A stretch of DNA of 64,000 bases. Source: Camelus dromedarius (taxonomy: Eukaryota). The notes under the pieces are model-generated. The model was not told the DNA's origin, ran no database searches, and was given only the letters and a program-made list of their open reading frames with translations. The number at the start of each line of letters is the position of its first letter. The stretch's first letter is position 1. The stretch is from positions 15,564,001 to 15,628,000 of the forward strand of contig NC_087437.1 in assembly GCF_036321535.1 (NCBI RefSeq), in the 5' to 3' direction. Of this stretch, positions 12,641 to 24,306 are shown piece after piece. The translations under genes were made by a program, and so were the position numbers.

Positions 12641-14545
12641 TCGTATCACGGTATTTGTGAGTTTTTTCGTCATACCGCTAAACTTTTTGATTAGGAGGAG
12701 TTTGACATTTTGTTTTAAACATAAATCAAGATTATTTATACACTAACATTTTTCCATATATAAAAGATAAAAATATATAAACTATTAGTATTTAGATAAG
12801 CAAACAACCAAAAATTGCCATTTTACCCTTTTAATTTTATCTTTATCTTTAAATAATACTTTTTTTGTTCTATCTTTAAGTAATACATCTTTAATTTCTA
12901 TTTTTGGAAATCACTAAGTTTTTTCTTTCTATATTAAATATATACATGCACACACACACAGTTTTTGCTTGATTTCTTTCTCATCTTGGAATAGTTAAGA
13001 TATTCTTGGTCATCATTACTGAGGTATATATGCACACTTTAGACTGAATAAAATAAAGATTGGTATTCTTATTGGCATTAGAACTAATATTTACATTTTT
13101 TATCATAGGTTTTCCATTGATTGACTTCTTAGTGATCTTGTGTATGTGTTTTACTGTGCTCTCAGCAGGCTGTGAAGATTTGCCTCTTATTTCTGACTCA
13201 CAGCGTGACCTGGGACACCTTAGTTTCCTTATGCCCCGATTTTCCTATCTGTGGATAGGACAAGATTATCTCTGATTTTTTTTCTCTCTCTACCTCAGTG
13301 TTTGACATTGTAATCACATACTAAGTACCAAATAAATGAGCATTCTAGGATTTTTAGAAATAGGTAAAAGAAATTGAAATGAATGGATACAAACACCAGT
13401 GTTCAGTAATAAAACAATGGCTTTAAAAATGATTTTTCTGTATCAAAAGGCAAATAGAGAAAGGAACCCTTTTAGACAGCTTGTTTGTGTTGCTCAATTA
13501 GAACAAAATATTGCCTAAACAGGAACTGGAGGAATTTAAGTGATTGTTTTTGAGTTGTTGAATTGCATAGATGGTATTTTCAAATGATAGCTTATCTGGT
13601 AAATTGTCTGTGTGGGTGAAGCAGTCTAGGTAGTTACTCAGCATTTATTGAACAGTCTGGAACTAAATGATGCAGAGCCTGAGGGGATGGTGCACAAGGT
13701 TAGAGGGAGGCAATAAATAAAAGACATTATATTAGTCATAGAATTTGTAGTTTGAGAGACATAATATACACATTAAAGGACCTAAGAGCAATTTAAAGTG
13801 AAAACTCTAGAAAATGTCTACATTCAAGCTCTGACAATTGAAAATAAATTGTATTTAAGGTGATTAGGGGATGGAGGGTCGGGATGGCTCTATCAGGTAA
13901 ATGCTGACCTGATTCGAAAGGGTGTTGACCGTACATTGCCGGGTGGGAAGGGAAGGTGCTTTGTGGTCAAGGGGATGGTATGTGAGGGGACAAGAAGTCA
14001 AGCTTAGCAAGTGGCACACGGAAGACAGTAAAGCCTAGCAATTTAGAAGCAAAAAGACTATTAGTAGATACGAGCAGTGAGGTGAGAGAGGTATGGTGTC
14101 CCTGAGGTGCTTATATCTTACGAGGGATTGACTCTTAAGTAAGGGCGACAAGTTGGAAACTCTTGTTTGAAGATTGTTTTGGAGCTGTGTGTAGGATGGA
14201 ACTGTAATTGAGTGTGGTGAATATTGAGATTATGATGGCAGCTCCTGTACAACTACAGAAAAAACATCACCCAAGTTGCTGTAATCTTTAGAATTTTGTA
14301 ACCAGTTAAATTCTAAGCGGAGGGAAAGAATATAGGTAAACACAGAAATCAAACGTATCTCCCGAAGTGTGAATTGGATTTAGCTGCCGCTAGTGATAAG
14401 GAATTGGAAATGAGTTTTAATTTGGGCTAGGAGGTGATGTTTGAAATATTTCTTGGACATCAGGAGCATAAATTAGATAACTCGATTTGTGGGTTTGGGG
14501 GCTTATGTTTTGTTTTAAATATGTGATCTTATTTTTGTCATACAG

Positions 14546-14660
14546 CTTAGAATCTGTGAGTGCAACCTGTAAACAGCTGAGCCAAGAGCTAATGGAAAAA
14601 TACGAAGAACTGAAGAAGATGGAAGTGCATAACAACGAGTACAGGGCCGAGATCAAGAAG
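14546..14660 (+). CDS. CEP63: CEP63 coding exon ([38 protein letters not shown]), 115 nt, phase 2-0
   Basis: Boundaries atacag|C and AAG|gtaaag. Confidence 0.95.
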
Positions 14661-15528
14661 GTAAAGATCGGCATGCCTGCGACTGCAAAGCCCCATGTGA
14701 TCATGGGCTGGGCTGTGGGTTGGGAGGTTATAGGAGTTACTTTTAATGAGAGAAAAATGTGGTCCAGAGGCTATTTGATACTCGCCAGTAGAGAGTACCT
14801 GGAAGGGGCTCAGGAGATGTCTTTGTCATCCTCAGGGATGCCATGTGAGTATTAACAAGATAATTGAAGCCTTCCCCCTTTGAACTCTGCAGCTTTAAAC
14901 ATGCTTTGATGAAGTGTTCTAAAAGATACACACTTTCTTGCTTGCTTGAACGTATTATATGAACTGGCATTTAATATTTTCTTATTGACTGAAGGTGGTG
15001 ATGGACGGGTGTTTTCTCTTCTGTCCTGTGGGTAGTTACGTCCTCACTGGCATTTGAAGTGTACAGAGTTTATCTCTATGTGAATGGGCCCTGGCTGTCC
15101 TGTTTGTTGACTTCGATTTTTTATTACTTTTTTGAGATTACTTTTAGTCTCTTTCTTCCTCTTGCCTTTCTGTTATCTTCTGTGGACCAGGAAACCATAT
15201 AAGCAAAATCGTTAGATTTGCAACTGAAAAATAGAATGAAGATCATAGGTGCTGTCCTCTAAATAATGTGTGCTTGAACTTGACACTGGTTCTTAGCATT
15301 TGAGTAGCACATCGCTTCCTGTTTTTGAGATCTAATAAATAATTGCGGGCATAGCCACCTGACCTTCAGCACAGACACGCAACTTCATAAGTTGCTAAAT
15401 TTCTGCAAATTTAATCAGGGAAAAACTTACGTCTTGAGGTAAGGTAAAAGTTACTTTATTATTTTAACTATTAGTATATTTTTCTCTCTACATGTTTTGT
15501 TTTATTTTTTCATGCTTTCTATTTGTAG

Positions 15529-15726
15529 TTGAAAGAACAGATTTTACAGGCTGAACAAAGTTACAGTTCTGTACTAGAAGGAATGAAGATGGAAATCTCA
15601 CAGCTAACTCGGGAGCTGCATCAGCGGGATATCACTATTGCTTCCACCAAAAGTTCTTCCTCTGACATGGAAAAGCGCCTCAAAGCAGAGATACAGAAGG
15701 CAGAAGAAAAAGACGTAGAGCATAAG
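15529..15726 (+). CDS. CEP63: CEP63 coding exon ([10 protein letters not shown]...EKDVEHK), 198 nt, phase 0-0
   Basis: Boundaries ttgtag|TTG and AAG|gtgaaa. Confidence 0.95.
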
Positions 15727-15808
15727 GTGAAATTTGAACAAAAACTTTCTTTACTTGCAGTTGGTTTTTGAAGATTCAATTTATTAAAGGTGTATTTCCA
15801 TGGTATTT

Positions 15809-15819
15809 TTTTAAAGCAT

Positions 15820-15852
<33 letters not shown>

Positions 15853-15976
15853 TTGGTGTGAGAAGGTAATTAGGTTTACCTGTTTATTTATTTTTAGGGG
15901 AGGTACTGGGGATTGAACCCAGGACCTTGTGTATGCTAAGCATGCACTCTACCACTTGAGCTGTACCCTACCCTCC
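15809..15976 (-). mobile_element. tRNA-Ala-derived SINE (vic-1-like) with TSD
   Basis: Reverse-complement head and poly(T) tail, flanked by CCATGGTATTT (15798-15808) and CCATAGTATTT (15977-15987). Confidence 0.87.
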
Positions 15977-16299
15977 CCATAGTATTTAATTCAGTGGATT
16001 TTTGTTAGCCCTCTTCTTCAGGCTGAGGGTAGACTGATTAGCAGGCAGTCTAGTGCAGATGAGTGGGGAGGTGAGAGAAGATTCAGACAAGTAAAGAGGC
16101 CAGAATTCTGTGGTGTGTAGTGAGAGTGTGCCACATTCGCTGTGACACACAGAGTATAGGTGGAACGAGCGGCAAGGGATGAGACTGGAAAGCAGGGACT
16201 GGCACCTGAAGGGCCCTGCCTGCCCTGTGCAGGAGTTTTAGTGTTATCCTGAGGTCCGTGGACATTGGTGTTAAGCAGGAGTGAAAGGTCTCTGGTTGT

Positions 16300-17100
16300 C
16301 ATCTGGAGAATAAGCAAGGAGGCAAAGAGACCTCTCAGATGCTATTACAGCAGTGAGATTGTGGCCTGAGCAGTGGGCAGGAGAGGTAAGGGAAATGAAT
16401 TCTGAAGATATTTGGCTGGTAAGATCAACTACGCTTTGTATTTGATTGGACAGGGAGAGTGAGCTAGACAGAGTTAGGGAAAGATGTCACTCAGGATTCC
16501 AGCTTGGGCAACTGAATAGAAAGTGATGCTCTTTAGTGAAATAGAGAAAAGATAGGGAGCAGGTTTGGGGAGGATAATGAATTTGTATGAAAGGTACAAA
16601 TAGGGAAGCTGGTGGAATGGACACTGGTTTGAAATAAAGGTGGGACTTTCATATGGAAATATCTAATAGTCAATTCCACAGAAGGCCTGGAGTTCAAGGT
16701 TAAAATCAAGGTAAGATGTTTAGCTGTGGAAGTCTTTGCATGAAATTGGCCTTTAAAACCCTGAGAGACTTAGAGGTTATAACAAGAAGGCGTAGTGTAC
16801 GAAGAGGAGAGACTTGCACCAAACTTAGGAAACTACTTATTTACGGTAAAAAGGTGTTAGAGTGGAGCTAAAACAAAGTAGCAGGAAGGAAGGAAACCAG
16901 ATAGTTTCACAAAGGAAGCAGAAGTCAAGGAAGGCAGGAATCTTTTCAAGTAGGAATGTCAAGGAGGAAAGCTAAAGAGAACGGGGACTGAAAATAAGTC
17001 ATTATCTTGTGAAAGGAGTGCAGTCCACGTGGTGTTGGAGGTAGCAGCCAATAAGAGGAGGCTAACACAGGAGAGTGGTTAGGGGTTTACCCGTGCACTG
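16300..17100. mobile_element. Degenerate LINE-2-like fragment
   Basis: Purine-rich L2-like sequence (caggattccagcttgggcaactgaatagaaagtgatg); recognised by eye. Confidence 0.45.
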
Positions 17101-17295
17101 ATTCGTATTCTTAGAATTCTCTCAAATTGTATGCATATTTATTCATTTTGAAACATCTTTTCAAAAAATCTTAGGAAGTATTTGTACAGATGAATGAAGA
17201 ATGTAACTTCACCTAATGAAAATTACATGTGGAAAAATTTTATAAGATGCTTTTGATTTATTTGTTATGTTTGGTTTTTTTTCTGCTTTTCTCAG

Positions 17296-17382
17296 GAGAT
17301 TTTGGGTCAGCTGGAGTCACTCAAGTTAGAAAATCGTCATCTTTCTGAAATGGTGATGAAATTGGAGTTGGGTTTACATGAG
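17296..17382 (+). CDS. CEP63: CEP63 coding exon ([29 protein letters not shown]), 87 nt, phase 0-0
   Basis: Long polypyrimidine tract; boundaries ctcag|GAG and GAG|gtacat. Confidence 0.95.
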
Positions 17383-18299
17383 GTACATAAATAGAAACTT
17401 AAGTTTTTCTACTATCCAGCCTTTAAAGAAATCACTCTGTAAATATTGATATTATAAAGAGAAAGTTGTGATCAAACTGGAATGATCCTTCTGTAGAAAC
17501 TTTCTCAAATAAAAAGAAGTCAGGACAATGATAGAAGTGAGAAAAATATGACTCTCCACTCGAGCTATTGGAAGATTGTTTTTATATCATGTGTGTCGTT
17601 GAATATATGTCCAGTCTGTGTTCTTAACAGGGAGAATGTATACGAAGGGCCTAGAATAATGTCTGGCATTTAGTAATTACACAGTACATGTTAGATGCTG
17701 TTATTATTTTTATTGTCATTATTATTTTCACAATATCTTTTCATTATAAAGTATATCACCTTTTAAATAATTTGGTTTTCATTATATTTCTACAATGTAC
17801 AATGTATTTAATCAAATATTCTGGAATCTTTTATCTTCAAAGTGTTTTAGTAGACAATGCAGTGGACACGAGGATGAATTAGATGCGATTCCTGCCTTTA
17901 GGAGACAGGGGAATCTAGTAGGGAGAATAGGATATGTAAACAAGCTTCTGTGAAACCAGAGAGAACTTGACTAGCTAACAGTGAGTTATAAACATTGTGG
18001 ATGCTCTTTTAACTATTTTGTTATAAAATTCTTATAATTTGCAAAATAGCCCATCCATTCTGATGCATCTTTTCTTGATGTAGGTCAAATACCCAGAGAT
18101 TATAGAAATTCTTTTTTTTTTCTGTATTTCCAGAGAATATGTGCCCCTAGAGATTCATAGTTACACAATGCCCTGTTTGCTCCTAAGCGGTTTTAGTTCC
18201 ACACTCATAGATTATGGAGGCTGGGCTGGGAGAACGTGCAAAACACCACATAAATACTTTATTTCAGCTAAAAGGGGGGACTATTCTTACAGTCTTTTG

Positions 18300-19320
18300 A
18301 GAGGGTAAGATTCTCTTAGCATCATGAAACCATAAAGAATTTTACAAAATAAAAGTATAAATTTTCTGAATAACAAAAGACTCCATAAAGAAAAGACTAC
18401 TAGACTAGAGGAAAATAATCTATTATCAAATAAATGATTAATATAAAATACTAATATAGGAGGATTTCCTATAAAGATAATTAAAAGATTGGAATCTAGT
18501 AGAAAATGGGCAAAGGACATAAATAGATAATTCATAAAAATAATGTAAAAATCCAGTAAACAAGAAAAGCTGTTCAATTCTCCCCAATAATCAAAATAAA
18601 ATAAATAAATATTCTTTTGCTTACTGGCTTTTCAAGGATTTTTTTTAAAACTAATATCGCCAGTCTTGGCAAGGATATAGAACAGCAGGCTCTCCAGTGC
18701 TCTGTTGATGAGAAAGTGAATTGATACAGCTATTCTAGAGTGCAATTTAGCAGTATTCATTAAACTGGTAAATACATACAGCCTATAAAGTCCTGGGTCA
18801 TGTGCATTTATGATTTTGATTGTCATTGCTGAATCGTTCTCCAGAAAGGTCATATCAGTTTGCATTCCCAAAGAACCCATCCTATAGGAGCAAATGCACA
18901 AAAATGGTCATTTCAATGTCTGCAATATCCAAAATTTTGAAATAAACTAAGTGTTAATCTGTAGAGAGATGGTTCATTGTGACTTTTCTATATACTGGAA
19001 AATATTACGCCATCATTTAAGGTGGCAGATGAACATATGCATCTAGTCTGGCTCCCTCCCCAAGCCCCTCTAAACCTATAATGAAAGGGCTTTTTTTTAA
19101 GCACAAAGAAGTGAGAGAGGAGAAAACAGCTAAACATTTTGTAAGGTGAAGATGAATGGATGGATGGGTAGATGGAAAATGACTTTATATGCCCTGATAA
19201 AGCCAATATGAAGCTAGTGGTGAAGAAAACCAAGAAGCAACCTGATTTACACCATGGAATCTTAAAAAGACTCAGGATTTGGCAGTACTTGATTGAGAGA
19301 CTTATACAGTGATTACTCAT
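18300..19320 (+). mobile_element. Ancient L1 (L1ME/HAL1-like) fragments
   Basis: gaaaatgggcaaaggacataaataga and related degenerate L1 ORF2-end motifs. Confidence 0.5.
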
Positions 19321-19459
19321 TCATATTTTAAGAGTTGGGAACTCTCAGGGGGTGGTTAAGCCAGACTATGACCAGAGATTCTGTTCAGCTTAATTTCTCC
19401 TGAAACCTGTATCTAACTGTCGTGGTACTGTCCTTTCTTACCACAACCAGGTGTGTACT

Positions 19460-21183
19460 TGTTGTGCACAGTAGGACCTTGTTGTTCATCTATTTTATAC
19501 ATAGTAGTTAGCCTATAAATCCCTAAAAATCCCAAACCCCCAGTTTATCCCTCCTTCCCACCCCTTTCCCCTCTGGTAACCATAAGTTTGTTTTCTATGT
19601 CATAAGTCTGTTTCTATTTTGTAAATAAGTTCATTTGGGTCTTTTTTTTTTTAAGATTCCACATATAAGTGATATCATATGGTATGTTTCTTTGTCTTTC
19701 TGTCTTACTTCACTTAGAATGACAATCTCCAGGTCCATCTATGTTTCTGCAAATAGCATTATTTTATTCTTTTTTATGGCTGAGTAGTATTCCATTGTAT
19801 AAATATACCACAACTTCTTTATGCATTCATCTGTCGATGGACATTTATGTTGTTTCCATGTCTTGGCTGTTGTAGATAGTGCTGCTATGAACATTGGGGT
19901 TCATGTATCTTTTTGAATTAGAGTTCCCTCCAGATATATGCCTGGGAGCAGGATTGCTGGATCATATGGTAAGGCTATTTTTAGTTTTTGAGGAATCTCT
20001 ATACTGTTTTACATAGTGGCTGCACCAAACTACATTCCCACCAACAGTGTAGGAGGGTTCTCTTTTCTCCACAGCCTCTCCAGCATTTGTTGTTTGTGGA
20101 CTTTTTAATGATGGCCATTCTAGTGGTGTGGGGTAATACTTCATTGTAGTTTTCATTTGCATATCTCTGATAATTAGTGACACTGAGCATTTTTCATGTG
20201 CCTGTTGGCCATTTGTATGTCTTCACTGGAGAATTGTTTGTTTAGGTCTTCTGCCCTTTTTTGGATTGGGTTGTTTGCTTGCTGTTGTTGAGTTGTATGA
20301 GCTGTTTATATATTCTGGAAATTAAGCCCTTGTCAATCACATCATTTGCAAATATTTTCTCCCATTCTGTAGATTGTCTTTTTGTTTTGTTTATGGTTTC
20401 CTTTGCTGTGCAAAAGCTTATAAATTTAATTAGGTCTCATTTGTTTATTTTTGCTTTTACTTCTATGGCCTTGGTAGACTGCCCTAGGAGAACATTGCTA
20501 CAATTTATATTAGAGAATGTTTTGCCTATATTCTCTTCTAGTTTGATAGTGTCTTGTCTTATGTTTAAGTCTTTAAGCCATTCTGAGTTTATTTTTGTGT
20601 ATGGTGTGAGGGAGTATATTGATTTACATGCGGCTGTCCAGTTTTCCCAACACCACTTGCTGAGGAGACTGTCTTTTCTCCATTGTATTATTCTTGCCTC
20701 CTTTGTTGAAGATTAATTAGCCATAGGTCTTTGGGTTTATTTCTGGGCTCTCTGTTCTGTTCCAGTGATCTGTATGTCTGTTTTTGTGCCAGTACCACAC
20801 TGTTTTGATTACTATAGCTGTATAGTATTGTCTGAAGTCTGGGAGAGTTATTCCTCCAGCTTTGTTCTTTTTCTTCAGTATTGCTTTGGTGATTCTAGGT
20901 CTTCTGTGATTCAATATAAGTTTTAGGATTATTTGTTCTAGTTCTGTGAAAAATGTCCTGGGTAATTTGATAGGGATTGCATTAACTCTGTCGATTGCTT
21001 TCAGTAGTATGGCCATTTTAACAATATTAATTCTAACAATCCAAGACCATGGGATGTCTTTCCATTTCTTTAAATCATCTTTAATTTGCTTAATCAGTGT
21101 TTTATACTTCTCTGCATATAAGTCTTTCACCTCCTTGGTCAGGTTTATTCCTAAATTTTGGAGGTTTTTTTGATGTGATTTTA

Positions 21184-21221
<38 letters not shown>

Positions 21222-21910
21222 CCTTTTCTGATATTTTGTTAGTATAAAGAAATGCAAGATTTCTTTATGTTAGTCTTGTATCCTACTACCTTGCCAAATT
21301 CTTTTATCAGCTCTGGTAGTTTTTGTGTGGAGTCTTTAGGATTTTCTATATATAGTATGTCACCTGCATATAGTGACAATTTTACCTCTTCTCTTACAAT
21401 GCGGATCCCTTTCATTTCTTTTTCTTGTCTAATTGCTGTGGCTAGGAATTCCAATACTATGTTGAGTAGAAGTGATGAGAGTGGGTATCCTTGTCTTGTT
21501 CCAGATTTTAGGGGGAAAGCTTGCAACTTTTCACTATTGAGTATTATGCTGGCTGTGGGTTTGTCATAAATAGCTTTTATTATGTTGAGATATGTTCCCT
21601 CTATACCCACTTTGGTAAAAGTTTTTATCATAAATGGGTGTTGAATTTTATCAAAAGCTTTTTCTGCATCTATTGAGATAGTCATGTGGGGTTTTTTGTC
21701 CTTTCTTTTGTTGATGTGGTATGTCACATTGATTGATTTGTGTATGTTGAACCATCCTTGTGTCCCTGGGATGAATCCAACTTGATTGTAATGTATGATC
21801 TTTTTTTATGTGTTGTTGGATTCTGTTTGCTAATATTTTGTTGAAAATTTTTGCATCTGTATCCATCAAATATACTGGTCTGTAATTTTCTTTTTTGGTA
21901 GTGTCTTTCT
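19460..21910 (-). mobile_element. Younger lineage-specific L1, 5'-truncated, ORF2 RT/C-terminus plus most of the 3'UTR
   Basis: ORFs 21239..21727 ([20 protein letters not shown]...GTRQGYPLS) and 20717..21130 ([21 protein letters not shown]...[12 protein letters not shown]); frameshifted. Confidence 0.93.
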
Positions 21911-22059
21911 AGGGAGTTATTTATTTAAAAGTTGTCCCTGCCAGCCAGAATTCCTTTTCAGAGCCTTCTGTTCAAATTTCTTTCTTTTATATAGGTCTCT
22001 TGATTTTCTTCCACAGGTATTCTGGGGCTATTCAATTTCTCTTTCTTTTTAATTGGTAG

Positions 22060-22425
22060 CTTTTTTTAAACTAAAATATAGTTGTATAATTATATAGTAT
22101 AGTTACACTGTTATATTAACATATACAACATAGTGATTCAATATTTTTATAGATTATACTCCATTTAAAGCTGTTATAAAATAATGGTTATATTCCCTGT
22201 GCTGTACAGTTTATCTTTGTAAATTAATTATTTTATACATAGTAGTTTGTCCCTCTTAATCCCCTACTGCTGTCTTGCCCCTCCCCTTTCCCTCTCCCTA
22301 CTGGTAACCACTAGCTTGTTCTCTATATTTGTGAATCTGTTTCTGTTATATGCATTCATTTGTTTTATTTTTTAGATTCCACATATAAGTGCAGTATTTG
22401 TCTTTCTCTGACTTATTTCTCTAAG
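22060..22425 (-). mobile_element. L1 3'-end fragment
   Basis: Typical L1 3'UTR motifs (ccctactggtaaccactag; ttttagattccacatataagtg). Confidence 0.8.
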
Positions 22426-22764
22426 CGCAGCCTCTTCTTTCTTGGAGAAGCCATGGCTGCTATTTTCTTTCTTTCCCCTGTTTCTGATTCTTACCTGTAG
22501 CTTTCTTCTGTCCTGGTTCCAGCCTTTCTTCAGCTCCTTGGATATTCCTTGGCACATCAGGGAAGTCCATTGTGCTCCTCACTTTCTACCCTCATTTACA
22601 TACGAAACAGAAACTTTTTCCTCTTTTAGGGGGCCAGAACCAAATCTTCACTCTTTCTTAAGTATAGCAATAGATTAACTAGTTACAACTAAAAACAAAA
22701 CAAAACAAAACATAACAAAAAACCCCATAATTTTCCACAAGCAGTATCCCAGATCACAAGTATT

Positions 22765-22832
22765 TTTTTCCCTTAATCCAGGGCCTCGTGCACACTAAGC
22801 ACGTGCTCTACCACTGAGCTGTATCCCCACCC
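22765..22832 (-). mobile_element. Head-only (3'-truncated) tRNA-Ala/vic-1-like retroposon with perfect 10-bp TSD
   Basis: Reverse complement reads GGGGATACAGCTCAGTGGTAGAGCACGTGCTTAGTGTGCACGAGGCCCTGGATT followed by a short A run. TSD CACAAGTATT at 22755-22764 and 22833-22842. Confidence 0.8.
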
Positions 22833-22883
22833 CACAAGTATTCTTATACAAAGGAAGTGACGCTAGTATTCTTTTTTTATTAG

Positions 22884-23089
22884 GCAAAAGAGATTTCACT
22901 AGCAGACCTCCAGGAGAATTATATTGAGGCATTAAATAAATTAGTGTCTGAAAATCAACAACTACAGAAAGATTTGATGGATACCAGAACCCAGCTGGAG
23001 ATTTCTACTCAGATGTGCAAAAAAAACTGTGACAGGATCTTTAAACCAACACACAGCAGAGTACCTGAGTTCAAGAATATGGAGTTCAA
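22884..23089 (+). CDS. CEP63: CEP63 coding exon ([20 protein letters not shown]...KNMEF), 206 nt, phase 0-2
   Basis: Boundaries tattag|GCA and AA|gtaaaa; open frame. Confidence 0.92.
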
Positions 23090-23184
23090 GTAAAATTTCT
23101 TCATAGTTTATTTAAAATGTGTATCTTTAGAATGTAATTCTCATTTCTTTGAGAGTAGTTTCCAATTTACAGAAATTAAATCTT

Positions 23185-23336
23185 TAAAAAAAATTTAATT
23201 AGCAACAACTGTTTTTTATAGCAGTATGTTTTATTTATTCTTTTTTTTTAAATTTTTTATGGAAGTACTGAGGATTGAACCCAGGACCTCATGCATCTTA
23301 AGCATGTGCTTTACCACTGAGCCATACCCACACCCC
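23185..23336 (-). mobile_element. tRNA-Ala-derived SINE (vic-1-like) with perfect 15-bp TSD
   Basis: TSD CAGAAATTAAATCTT at 23170-23184 and 23337-23351; tRNA head lies on the minus strand. Confidence 0.87.
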
Positions 23337-24026
23337 CAGAAATTAAATCTTCATCAAAGGACTCTGTGTTTAATTCTAAAGTACTGTGTGCACAAGTAAA
23401 GCTACTAATAGGTTAAAAAATGCAGGGGGTTATGTAGCACTTTCCTTCAGGCTTCAGTGTCAGACCAATGGTGGTAGGTATAAACAGCAACCTTATTCCC
23501 CTGAGCCTTTTCATGCTGCCTCCCACCTCCCCAACCCCACTTACCCCATAAGAAATAAAGTTGGCTTTTAATAACATGTTTCTTTTGTAATTTTGGGATA
23601 GTGATAGGGAGTCAGCATTTAGCGAAAAACTACCTGGCTTCAGCTCTTACTGTATGGCTTACATGTTTTGCTACCAACAGCCTTTGCTGACACCCTCACC
23701 CCACTCCCACCTCCACCCCCAGATGAGGATGGGTGCCTTCACTGTGCACAGTGCTTCCCTCTATCCTAGCACCGGCCACACTGGCCGCTTCCTTGTCTTC
23801 CTTGCTATATGTAAGTGTGTGCAGGGGCCTGCCAGTGAGGGTTGGATATTTGGGGCCCCAAGGCTGGAAAGGACACCTGGTCTACATGGGCTGCTTATTT
23901 TGTAAATTCCAGCCTTTCTAGTAGCCTGGTCCTGTATTTTTAAGTTAAAGTCCTATAACATGTCTGTTTTGAAAGAGGAAAGTTGCTACAATGTTTATTT
24001 GTTTTATTTTCTAATCTGCTACCCAG

Positions 24027-24306
24027 GCCAGCCCATGGCCAGCACAGGCATGATGGGATAAAGACTGAGCACTACAAAGCAGGTCTTCATTCTCCGCGAG
24101 GACGAGCGTCGGATAGTGTAGGGCCCACAGCCACGGGCCTCAGCTCCCCGAGTCATGAGATCAGCCCTTGCTGCTCCACCATCTCTTTGCCTTCTAACTT
24201 TCTGTGTAAAACTCACTCTGTGCCTTCAGTGCTAGATACAAATGAAACCAATTTTTCTGACTCTGTCTCCGAGAGTATAAATGACCAAGAAGACTTTGTC
24301 TCTTCG
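24027..24306 (+). CDS. CEP63: CEP63 coding exon ([10 protein letters not shown]...DQEDFVSS), 280 nt, phase 2-0, Ser-rich
   Basis: Boundaries acccag|G and TCG|gtatgg; restores the frame after the 206-nt exon. Confidence 0.92.

Noticed and set aside
19962..21869. Cluster of reverse-transcriptase-like ORFs as a novel retroelement system
   Set aside because: They are frameshifted pieces of ordinary L1 ORF2.
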